64,000 bases of DNA. Source: Candidatus Omnitrophota bacterium (GTDB lineage Bacteria; Omnitrophota; Gorgyraeia; Gygaellales; Profunditerraquicolaceae). The position numbers and the translations under genes are program-made. Where the stretch lies: the NCBI GenBank assembly GCA_963805065.1, contig CAWDSS010000010.1, positions 211,696 through 275,695 of the forward strand, given 5' to 3'. The first letter of the stretch is position 1. Each line of letters starts with the position of its first letter. The notes beneath the pieces were generated by a model, which saw only the letters and a program-made list of their open reading frames with translations, ran no database searches and was not told the origin of the DNA. Shown here piece by piece: positions 54,667 through 63,151 of this stretch.

Positions 54667-56007
54667 CTAAAGTTTTTTAGCTAAAAGCGATTCTCTCTCT
54701 TTCCTAAGGGCTGAATCATAGAAAGAAGGTAAAATCAAAAGGTTTTCCATTATCGTTGCCGTATTACAAACTTTATCCAATTCAGCAGTCAATGGGTCGC
54801 AGGACGAATCAAATTCAATGATTAAATATGCTTTACCGAATGAACTGTTAGAAAATATTTTACCTAATTTGTAACCGCCTACTGCTTTTAGAAAATCCAG
54901 CAAACAAGACAGGCTCTTTATGCATATTAAACCGGGAATTAATATTAAGAAAAGATACGCATTGCCTAATATCCTGTTATTCTGCATCAACTTTGAGAAC
55001 TTGATGAGCCGCTTATTTATTTTATCTACGTTAAAATAATCTGACATAGTTTGATATCCGCCATCTTTTGTTCTTTTCAGCATAAGGTAACGGTGCGAAA
55101 AACAACATTTAAACTTAAAGATGTAAGCAAGTACAAAGAGTAACTTAGTAAATACGAGGATCTCCGCTTTTGTGATTTTATCGTTTGTAAAGCGCGTAAA
55201 TTCCGAGATCATATCTTCTGTGCAAAGCCTGGGAAATTGCAGTTTTTTTCTGCCGAACATACTATAGCTTCTAAAACAGATGCCCCGGATAAAATTATTC
55301 TTAATCGCGTATTCAAAAATCGGCTGTATTTCCTTAAAATTATACTCCCTGCTTGTAGTCACTTCGAAGACTACCGGCATCTTAAGATTATTTATGTTTT
55401 CCAGAGCCCTAAATTTATAATCCAGCCAGTCAGCGCCCCTGGTCATTGCTTCTACCTGGCGGTCAAATCCGTCAAACTGTAAGTAAATATCTTTTAAACC
55501 ACTGTCTTTTAACTTTTGCAAATAAGATTTTTCTGCTAAACGAATGCCGTTGCTAAAAAGCGTTACACTATTTCCTGATTTTCTTATGGATGCAATCAGC
55601 TCTGGTAAATCCTCCCTTGTTGTCGGCTCTCCTCCGAATAAACTGATCTTTTTACCTCTGATGTTTCTTCTTTTAAACAACATCAAAATATCCGATATGG
55701 AGAATTCACGGCTGGGAGTGTCATTCGCGCTTATCACGCAGATAGGACAATTCATATTGCAGCGGCTGGTGCAATAAACAGTATAACGGTTATGTGCCTG
55801 ATGATATTTTTTGGGAATCCCTAAAGAATCATACAAAGAATATAATTCTTCATAACAATGGGCATCAGGTGAAATTAGGGTTGTTTTTTCCCCGTGGTCA
55901 GGGCAAACCTTTGTTAAATATACCTTATTGTCATTTACAACAATTGAAGCATCAATAGCCACAAGACATTCCGGGCAGACGCTTTTAGTTTTTCTTAAAG
56001 TTTTCAT
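54667..56007 (-). CDS. radical SAM enzyme with an N-terminal Cys/His knuckle and no B12 domain
   Basis: CPECLVAIDA...VYLTKVCPDHG, then TSRCNMNCPIC. The C-terminal half has hydrophobic segments. Confidence 0.7.
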   Translation of the reverse strand: MKTLRKTKSVCPECLVAIDASIVVNDNKVYLTKVCPDHGEKTTLISPDAHCYEELYSLYDSLGIPKKYHQAHNRYTVYCTSRCNMNCPICVISANDTPSREFSISDILMLFKRRNIRGKKISLFGGEPTTREDLPELIASIRKSGNSVTLFSNGIRLAEKSYLQKLKDSGLKDIYLQFDGFDRQVEAMTRGADWLDYKFRALENINNLKMPVVFEVTTSREYNFKEIQPIFEYAIKNNFIRGICFRSYSMFGRKKLQFPRLCTEDMISEFTRFTNDKITKAEILVFTKLLFVLAYIFKFKCCFSHRYLMLKRTKDGGYQTMSDYFNVDKINKRLIKFSKLMQNNRILGNAYLFLILIPGLICIKSLSCLLDFLKAVGGYKLGKIFSNSSFGKAYLIIEFDSSCDPLTAELDKVCNTATIMENLLILPSFYDSALRKERESLLAKKL

Positions 56008-56027
56008 AAGTTTTGACTAGCGCCATT

Positions 56028-57479
56028 TTATACGGATAGCGAATATTGCCTGTTTTTCAGCAATGATTTTTGCCTGCGATAGGACTTTTGAGCGCTGATC
56101 AATACGCGCCATAAGCCTAAGCGGCTGACCTTAGCATACGTAAAGATAAGAGACAAAAAATATACTGCATCAAACAGAGGATTCATCGGCAATGAAACTA
56201 ATATCTTTAACAATCTACGGATAGAGCTATTATAAATGGCAAGATAAAACAATCGGTGCAAAACCATAAGTTTCCTTTGATCCCTGACATTGACCTTAGG
56301 TTTTGTTAAACCTAAAATATCCGGATAGTCAAATTTAAAATCAGAAGAAAAATATCCGTTCTTTACAGAATATTCATAAATATCCGTTCCGGGAAACGGC
56401 CATAAAATATACACCCAGGGAAAATCTGACTTCATTTCGCGATTAAGGTCTATAGTCTTTATCGCCTTATTTATGTCTTCTCCCGGGATAAATAACATAT
56501 TGGAAGTCTTAACCTTAATGCCGAAATCATGAAGAATTCTTGAGGCTTTCACATATTGGGAATTAGGGATATCCTTGCCGAGGATGCCTTCCCTGAGGGA
56601 TTCATCTCCGGTTTCAAGTCCCAACGATAAACAAAAACAATTAGCCCTGGCTAAATTCTTTGCCACAAATTCATCTACAAAGTCAGCCCGAGAGCTGGTG
56701 TACCATGGCAAATTAATCTGTTGCGCGTAGGCATTGCAAAAATCTTCCAACCATTGTTTGTCATAGCCAATTACTGCATCATAAATCAATACTGAGCGCA
56801 TGTTTGCATAAATCTTTCGGGCAAATTGAATCTCATTAATAATGTCTTCTACCCTCCTGGTGCGCACATATTTACCTTTACCTTCATAAAGCCTGGATTT
56901 AATCTGGTTACAGCAAAATGAACATTTAAAACAACAGCCCCTCGTGGTATTGAAGGGAACTTGAGTTTGCCTGTAAAATAAAGGGTATTTTAAATAAAGG
57001 CTGTGGTCGGGATTAGGCAAAGAAGAAAGATCTTCTACTAATGAGGCAATATCATTACGATAAATAGTATTATCCTTTTTTACCCATAAACCCAAGATGT
57101 CAGTATAGTTTTCTTCTCTGTGCATCTTAGAGACTAACTCTAAGAAAGAAATCTCAGATTCTCCCCTGGCAACTACGTCTATGGGCCCTTCATCTAATAT
57201 TTCTGGAAAATATGTGGGGTGCGGCCCACCTAAGACAATTAAGGCCTGTGGCAAGATTTCTTTTAGCTGCCTGGCGGTATTAAGAACCCAACGATGCATT
57301 CCGGTAATAACGCTAAAACCAATGATATCCGGTTGATAGGATTTGACTGCCGATAAGAAATCTCCCTCTAGGGATTCTATGAATAATTCGCACGAATGCC
57401 CGTAGGATTTTAATACTGCAGAAAGCGACATTAAGCCGATGCTTTGGTCACAAGCTTCCTGTAAAAAAGCGATTCTCAT
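56028..57479 (-). CDS. cobalamin-binding-domain radical SAM enzyme 4
   Basis: IGLMSLSAVLKSYGHSCELF, then TRGCCFKCSFC. Confidence 0.75.
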   Translation of the reverse strand: MRIAFLQEACDQSIGLMSLSAVLKSYGHSCELFIESLEGDFLSAVKSYQPDIIGFSVITGMHRWVLNTARQLKEILPQALIVLGGPHPTYFPEILDEGPIDVVARGESEISFLELVSKMHREENYTDILGLWVKKDNTIYRNDIASLVEDLSSLPNPDHSLYLKYPLFYRQTQVPFNTTRGCCFKCSFCCNQIKSRLYEGKGKYVRTRRVEDIINEIQFARKIYANMRSVLIYDAVIGYDKQWLEDFCNAYAQQINLPWYTSSRADFVDEFVAKNLARANCFCLSLGLETGDESLREGILGKDIPNSQYVKASRILHDFGIKVKTSNMLFIPGEDINKAIKTIDLNREMKSDFPWVYILWPFPGTDIYEYSVKNGYFSSDFKFDYPDILGLTKPKVNVRDQRKLMVLHRLFYLAIYNSSIRRLLKILVSLPMNPLFDAVYFLSLIFTYAKVSRLGLWRVLISAQKSYRRQKSLLKNRQYSLSV

Positions 57480-57482
57480 ATT

Positions 57483-58913
57483 TTACCAGGCATTTTTCTT
57501 AAGCATATCGCTGTAATAATAAATCCCGCCTTTACATAAGTTAAGCCAGTCGTTTTTAGTTCTTAAACCCGAGAGTATATTTATCATTGCCCCGGCAGAT
57601 AAATAAAAGGATTTTGAAGCCTTATCCACCCATTTTTGCGCAAGTGACCGTGGAATACCGGAAATGGTTATTTCACTTAACCTGCTTTTTTCCTGATCGC
57701 CGAGATAAAACTCTTCTAAGTCAATTTCTCTAACAATATTATTTTTTATTGCTTCATTAACCAATGTTCCGTTAGGTATGGGCTTAACATGGTCATATAA
57801 CACATATGTCGGGCGAATCCTTCTTATCAGCCTGATTACCTCACCGAGAGCATCTTGGGAATCATATATCGTAGAAGCTAAAATTACGAAAGCACCTGTC
57901 CTTATCCCGGCCTTGCGGCAACCGTCAAAGGCTTCTATTGTATCCTTAACCGACTGCCTTTTGTTCATGGCTTCAAGGATTTTGGCAGTTGCAGACTCAA
58001 CTCCAAAATGAATAAGAGAACAACCCGCTGCTTTCATAAGATTCAATAAATCTCTATCCACACAATCCACGCGCGTCATACATGTCCAGCGTATTTTAAT
58101 ATTATTGTCAATTATGCTACGGCATAACTTGCGTGTCCTCTCTTTGTCTATTGAGAATGTGGGGTCAATAAAATACACTTCCCTTGCGCCAAAATCCTTC
58201 TGGAGCATTTTCAATTCATCCACCACCATCTCAATTGAACGCATGCGTAAGTTATTCTGTACAGCGCAAAAATTACATTTATAACTACATCCCCTCATTG
58301 TTTCAATAAGGTATGCGGGAGAATAACTACCCATAGGAGGATGAAGGTTATGCGACCAGTGGGGGAATGCTTCGCGTAACGGGAATCCCAGAGAATCCAG
58401 GTCTTTCGGATATTCTTCTACAGAGGAAAATACGCTTGAGTTATTCCGATATGAAATATTCGCTATGTTTTCAATAGACCCATTGTTCCTAAGAGCAAGT
58501 ACAAGCGAGAGGAATGCCTGCTCACCGCTACCCGTAACTACATAGTCTAAGTCTTGTGAATATTTAAAGATAGATTTTGCAGAAAAAGAGGTTATGGGTC
58601 CTCCGATTACTACAATATTCTTAGGATTTACGGTTTTTGCCGTCTTGGCAAGTTTGAGTGCCTCACGGGCACTGAATAAAGTTGCGGATATGCCGATAAT
58701 ATTAGGAGTATTTCTTTGCGATCCCAGGTAATTGCGGAATTTTAAAAAAAAGTCTTTTGATTCCCTGGGGAAGAAAATACTAAAATCTATATCATTGTCT
58801 TTTAGTTTTCTGGCTATGTAAGCTAACCCCAGAGGCAGAATCTTAAAATACCCCCCTATGTTAAATTTTATATTTTTAGCCGGGGCCTGGGTTAAAATTA
58901 CCTTCATAGACAA
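57483..58913 (-). CDS. cobalamin-binding-domain radical SAM enzyme 5
   Basis: LPLGLAYIARKLKDNDIDFSIF, then MRGCSYKCNFC. Confidence 0.75.
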   Translation of the reverse strand: MSMKVILTQAPAKNIKFNIGGYFKILPLGLAYIARKLKDNDIDFSIFFPRESKDFFLKFRNYLGSQRNTPNIIGISATLFSAREALKLAKTAKTVNPKNIVVIGGPITSFSAKSIFKYSQDLDYVVTGSGEQAFLSLVLALRNNGSIENIANISYRNNSSVFSSVEEYPKDLDSLGFPLREAFPHWSHNLHPPMGSYSPAYLIETMRGCSYKCNFCAVQNNLRMRSIEMVVDELKMLQKDFGAREVYFIDPTFSIDKERTRKLCRSIIDNNIKIRWTCMTRVDCVDRDLLNLMKAAGCSLIHFGVESATAKILEAMNKRQSVKDTIEAFDGCRKAGIRTGAFVILASTIYDSQDALGEVIRLIRRIRPTYVLYDHVKPIPNGTLVNEAIKNNIVREIDLEEFYLGDQEKSRLSEITISGIPRSLAQKWVDKASKSFYLSAGAMINILSGLRTKNDWLNLCKGGIYYYSDMLKKNAW

Positions 58914-60361
58914 CCACCTCTAGCCTTGTTTTTGAACATAGAAATAAAGGTCAGGGAAAGAAAAATTAACCCCTTAAGAATTGCTTCAAATTTAACAATG
59001 CGCTTAGTGATAATATTGTATATTGCAGCCGGCCTTACGTAATAACTAAGCAAAGCCCACCTTTGAATATCAAGCAATTTTGCAGTATCTACATTACTGA
59101 AATTGAATGAATTCTGGTCTTTATTTGATATCATATACCAACTGGTGAATAATTCCGGCCTATTATAGGCAGTGAGTTTATCCTCGACATAATTATCGTA
59201 AAGGCCCGATCCGGGATAAGGAGTAAGGGGATTGTATTTAACCAGGTCGCAACCCAGTTCTTTGGAATATCTGATGGTTTTATTGCATTCTTCCTCGGTC
59301 TCCCCGGGAAACCCCAGCATAAATAGGCCAAGAGTACGTATTCCGGCTTTACGCGTATCTTCCATAACTTTCCTGCCCATATCAAGAGTCGTATGCTTAT
59401 TTATCATCCTAAGAATCCTCTCACTGCCCGTTTCAAATCCGTACATTATCAAATAAACCCCCGCTTCTTTCATCCGTTTAAGCAACTCATAATTTACCAA
59501 ATCCACTTTTGTTTCCGTAATCCAACGAATTTTCTTCTGCAAGTTTCTTTTAATGATTTCATCGCAAAATTCCAAGCCGCTTTTTACGGAAAACGGGAAG
59601 TATGCATCCAGGAATATGAAATTCGGGACATTATATTTCTCATATAGGTACTCTATTTCATCTACGATGGATGTAAGTTGTCTTCTGCGCACATTCTTGA
59701 AAGTGGCATCCTGAGAACAATAAAAACAGTTGTAATTGCATCCGCGCGAGCCTTGTATCATCAACACCTGACCGTACAATGATAACATCGGAATTCTGCT
59801 ATATTTATCAAAATCTATCAAGTCCCAAGATGGATACGGCAATGAATCCAGATTATTTATCACTTCGGCAGACTGATTTTTTACTACACTGTTTCCTTCT
59901 TTAAAAGAAATCCCTTTTACATTCCTTAAATCCCCGCCATTGCCCATAATTTTTAAATATTGATCGAATGTGTATTCACCCTCCCCGTGCACAATCACAT
60001 CCGCAATATCGTCTTCCAATATTTTGCCATAGAATATAGAAGAGAACGAATTCCCTAGGACAATTTTCACTCCGGGGGAAGTGTTTCTTAGCGCCTTGCA
60101 TAACTGTTTAACTGAAATAAATGCCGGGGCTAATACGGAAATCCCTACCACGTCAGGATTAAACTTGAGAATATCATTTAATAATTCATTTTCTTCTTTG
60201 CATTCTATATATTGATCGATTAAACAAACTTCATGACCGCTTTTACGCAGGACGCTGGCTATCATAAGTAAACCATAAGGAGGTACTGAGCCGACAAAGT
60301 CCCTCATCATACGGGTATTACGGCTGTTTATGTCACTTGGATTCAATAAAACAACTCTCAT
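58904..60361 (-). CDS. cobalamin-binding-domain radical SAM enzyme 6
   Basis: PPYGLLMIASVLRKSGHEVCLID, then SRGCNYNCFYC. Confidence 0.75.
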   Translation of the reverse strand: MRVVLLNPSDINSRNTRMMRDFVGSVPPYGLLMIASVLRKSGHEVCLIDQYIECKEENELLNDILKFNPDVVGISVLAPAFISVKQLCKALRNTSPGVKIVLGNSFSSIFYGKILEDDIADVIVHGEGEYTFDQYLKIMGNGGDLRNVKGISFKEGNSVVKNQSAEVINNLDSLPYPSWDLIDFDKYSRIPMLSLYGQVLMIQGSRGCNYNCFYCSQDATFKNVRRRQLTSIVDEIEYLYEKYNVPNFIFLDAYFPFSVKSGLEFCDEIIKRNLQKKIRWITETKVDLVNYELLKRMKEAGVYLIMYGFETGSERILRMINKHTTLDMGRKVMEDTRKAGIRTLGLFMLGFPGETEEECNKTIRYSKELGCDLVKYNPLTPYPGSGLYDNYVEDKLTAYNRPELFTSWYMISNKDQNSFNFSNVDTAKLLDIQRWALLSYYVRPAAIYNIITKRIVKFEAILKGLIFLSLTFISMFKNKARGGCL

Positions 60362-60364
60362 AAT

Positions 60365-61900
60365 TTATCCATCGTACCATTTTGGTTTTACTAATCTTAC
60401 ATAATTCCTTGCCTTAAAAGGATTCACCAGATTTAAAACAGAATCCCAAAACATTCTGAATATAACCAATACCCACCATATATACATATTCCTTTTATAT
60501 AGGTACCTGTTAAATAATCCTTTTATCAACCAGGCGGGTCTGGCATATTTCTTGTTTAAAATATAAATCAATTGATCGATTTCGTATCTATCCAGATACT
60601 TTGAAGACATCACAGGAGTTGACCAATCATAATATGAAAAGTCTTCGATTTCAAGCCATCCGTTTTTTTTCGCATCTTCCCAGAGTTTCGTTCCGGGAAC
60701 TGGTGTCATGGCATGAAAAGCCGGATAATCCACCTGTAGACTCTGGGTATATTTTAACAATTTAAGCATAGAGGCCCTGGTTTCATCCCTGGTGCCGACA
60801 ATAAAAGTTACTTGCCTGAAAACCGACGGATATTTACGCCTCATTATGTCCATCGCTTCTCTTACCATATTAATGCTGTAACATTTTTTTCCTATATCAT
60901 CTAATTCCCGGTCGTCTGAACGCTCCCCTCCCACCGATATATGCGATAACCCTGATTTTACCAGCTTTTCCATGATGCCCAGTTTTTCATCCCTCAAAAT
61001 GAAGTCTGCCCTCATAAAAGCAAACCAGTGTAGTTTAATTTTTTTCTTTAAAATGGCTCCTGCAAATTTATCACTCCAGGAGGAATCAATATTCCAGGAA
61101 TCATCGACAAAGATTAGGGATTGTTTATTATATTCATGATACAACAACTCTATTTCTTCAATAGTGCGCTCTACGCTTTTAGTCCTCCAGCGTGGCTGTA
61201 GCGTAATCTTGCCATCCTTGATGCACCTTTGCGCCATCTGCACCCACCAGACACAGAAATCGCAATTACTTATACAGCCCCTGCTATGGTGGATAGTCGT
61301 TCCTCCGGGAGAAAAAAGGAATTTTGCTTTCCCGTATTCGCTCATAGGCATCAGGTCATAAGCGGGGATCGGCAATTTATCCAAATCATTGATTAACGGA
61401 CGAGGTTGAGTCTCAATTATGGTGCCGTCTTCCTTGAAGATTAGGCCTTTTACATTCCTTGGGTTAAAATTTGGTAGCGATAGCCCCTTAACCAGCTCAA
61501 CTAATGTTTCCTCTCCTTCTCCTTTGACTATAAAATCTATCGGATGCTGCTTGAGGCTTTCTTCGGATAAATTAGAAAAGTGAGCACCGCCTGCAACCGT
61601 AACTATTTGCGGATTAATTTCTTTTGCCATTCTGATAACCCGCAGGGCTTCATTTGAATATAATGATTCGCTGTCACCAATTCCTACAACATCCGGTTTC
61701 TCGGCTTTTATGGTATTGTATAATGTCTTCCAGCCCATCTTAAGCGGCATACAATCGAATACCTTTACCGGAATCTCGCTATCTCTTAATGCGGCAGCTA
61801 AACAGGGTAGTGATTGAGGCAGGAGAAAATTGTCATATTCGTTAATGAAAGGCCAGTAATAGCGGGGCGATCTTATTAATAAAACTTTCTTATTCGCCAT
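60365..61900 (-). CDS. cobalamin-binding-domain radical SAM enzyme 7 (first gene of the operon)
   Basis: LPQSLPCLAAALRDSEIPVKVFD, then SRGCISNCDFC. Confidence 0.75.
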   Translation of the reverse strand: MANKKVLLIRSPRYYWPFINEYDNFLLPQSLPCLAAALRDSEIPVKVFDCMPLKMGWKTLYNTIKAEKPDVVGIGDSESLYSNEALRVIRMAKEINPQIVTVAGGAHFSNLSEESLKQHPIDFIVKGEGEETLVELVKGLSLPNFNPRNVKGLIFKEDGTIIETQPRPLINDLDKLPIPAYDLMPMSEYGKAKFLFSPGGTTIHHSRGCISNCDFCVWWVQMAQRCIKDGKITLQPRWRTKSVERTIEEIELLYHEYNKQSLIFVDDSWNIDSSWSDKFAGAILKKKIKLHWFAFMRADFILRDEKLGIMEKLVKSGLSHISVGGERSDDRELDDIGKKCYSINMVREAMDIMRRKYPSVFRQVTFIVGTRDETRASMLKLLKYTQSLQVDYPAFHAMTPVPGTKLWEDAKKNGWLEIEDFSYYDWSTPVMSSKYLDRYEIDQLIYILNKKYARPAWLIKGLFNRYLYKRNMYIWWVLVIFRMFWDSVLNLVNPFKARNYVRLVKPKWYDG

Positions 61901-61962
61901 AATTTTAAAAAAAACTTGACTTTGTCCTTATTTAAATTATCATAATATCAAAGGAGTAATAT

Positions 61963-62019
61963 ATGAAAATAATTCATTGGCGGCCTGCCCCACGTAAACC
62001 ACTTCCCAGGCCATCTTAA
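61963..62019 (+). CDS. possible 18-aa Pro/Arg-rich micropeptide MKIIHWRPAPRKPLPRPS (not in the ORF track)
   Basis: TTGACT-16-TATCAT at 61916-61943 and AAGGAG 6 nt before the ATG. Divergent from the rSAM operon. Confidence 0.3.
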   Translation: MKIIHWRPAPRKPLPRPS

Positions 62020-62080
62020 AAAATAAGTGATCTTCGCTCGAATATAAAAGTTTCTATCGAACAAAGACCACTTATTTTTT
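62018..62080 (-). terminator. terminator hairpin flanked by A- and T-runs, best on the minus strand (end of the TPR gene)
   Basis: AATAAGTGATCTTCGCTCGA...TCGAACAAAGACCACTTATT. The three mismatched positions are G.U only on the minus strand. Confidence 0.55.
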
Positions 62081-62126
62081 ACCTCTGTTTCCGGTATAAC
62101 AATAATCTTACCAACATCTTTTCAGG

Positions 62127-62780
62127 TTATTTTTGCTCTTCAAGTAAGATTTCCGCAAAAAACGATTTTAACAAATTCTTATCGTATTTGCTTAATTCCA
62201 GGGCTTTTGACAAGTATTCTTCTGCTTTCTGCATATTCCCTAATTTTTTATAAACAGAACCCAGGCATAGATAAAAATCTACCTCATTAGGCTTTAGGTC
62301 AATCGCCTTATTAAAATTTAAGATTGCCTCGTCTGATTTTCCTGATTTATATAAACAAATCCCCTGCCCAAAATAATAGTAGGCGAGCCTTGGGTTATTA
62401 GAGCTTAATTCTATTATTCTCTGGAATGTTTTTGCCGCATTATCATAATCTTTGTTTGTAAAATACCGCTCTGCTTCCTTACCAAGCTGATCAGCAGAAG
62501 ATAACGCAGGAACAGACGTATTAATATTATTATTGATTAAAGAAGAACCTTCCTCTTCAATTTGTGCTATTTCATCGGCAGAATAAACTTCAGTAATGCC
62601 GTTGGCTTTTTCTATCCTGATATATTCCTCTGTCTCTTTAACAATCTTACCCTCTATCCTTTGACCAGACTTTAAAATAATGGTTTCAGCCAGGGCAGGA
62701 GCCAGGCTTATCAATAGAAATAATATGGTAAGTGAATAAAGGGATTGGTTCTTCTGGTAGGGTGGGCGTCTCTTAAGCAT
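62127..62780 (-). CDS. secreted or anchored TPR-repeat protein
   Basis: N-terminal hydrophobic segment, then TPR-like repeats (YDNAAKTFQRIIEL, SDEAILNFNKAIDLKP, MQKAEEYLSKALEL). Confidence 0.7.
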   Translation of the reverse strand: MLKRRPPYQKNQSLYSLTILFLLISLAPALAETIILKSGQRIEGKIVKETEEYIRIEKANGITEVYSADEIAQIEEEGSSLINNNINTSVPALSSADQLGKEAERYFTNKDYDNAAKTFQRIIELSSNNPRLAYYYFGQGICLYKSGKSDEAILNFNKAIDLKPNEVDFYLCLGSVYKKLGNMQKAEEYLSKALELSKYDKNLLKSFFAEILLEEQK

Positions 62781-62824
62781 TGTTTTTTATTATAGCTTAA
62801 GATGAATCAAATTTCAATGCTTTT

Positions 62825-62865
62825 AAAAAAGGCGGGCAACCTTTTTATTAAGGTTTGTGCCCGCC
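62825..62865 (-). terminator. rho-independent terminator
   Basis: GGCGGGCA...TGCCCGCC stem, with a T-run on the minus strand (AAAAAA on the plus strand at 62825-62830). Confidence 0.65.
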
Positions 62866-62914
62866 TTCCAGTTTCACGTAGCTGAAGTCAGCTTCTTTCG
62901 GGAGCGTCCTTCAT

Positions 62915-63079
62915 TTAACTCGCCCAAGCACTACGTAAATTTAATATGCCGATAATCTTTAAGATTTCCTGGGTTTCTTTATCACCCATTACATTTTGTT
63001 CTATGGGTTCGTCTCTGCCGACTTTTCTAATCACGATTTCATATTTGTCTTCGCAACTCTGCTCTTGTATTCTTATCAT
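62915..63079 (-). CDS. small 54-aa ORF downstream of the histidine kinase (not in the ORF track)
   Basis: Hand translation MIRIQEQSCEDKYEIVIRKVGRDEPIEQNVMGDKETQEILKIIGILNLRSAWAS, preceded by CAGGAGG. Confidence 0.4.
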   Translation of the reverse strand: MIRIQEQSCEDKYEIVIRKVGRDEPIEQNVMGDKETQEILKIIGILNLRSAWAS

Positions 63080-63151
63080 ATCTAGCCTCCTGGACGCAAT
63101 ATAACAAATACAGGATTAAGGGAAGATTAAATTAAAATTAAATTTTTTAAT

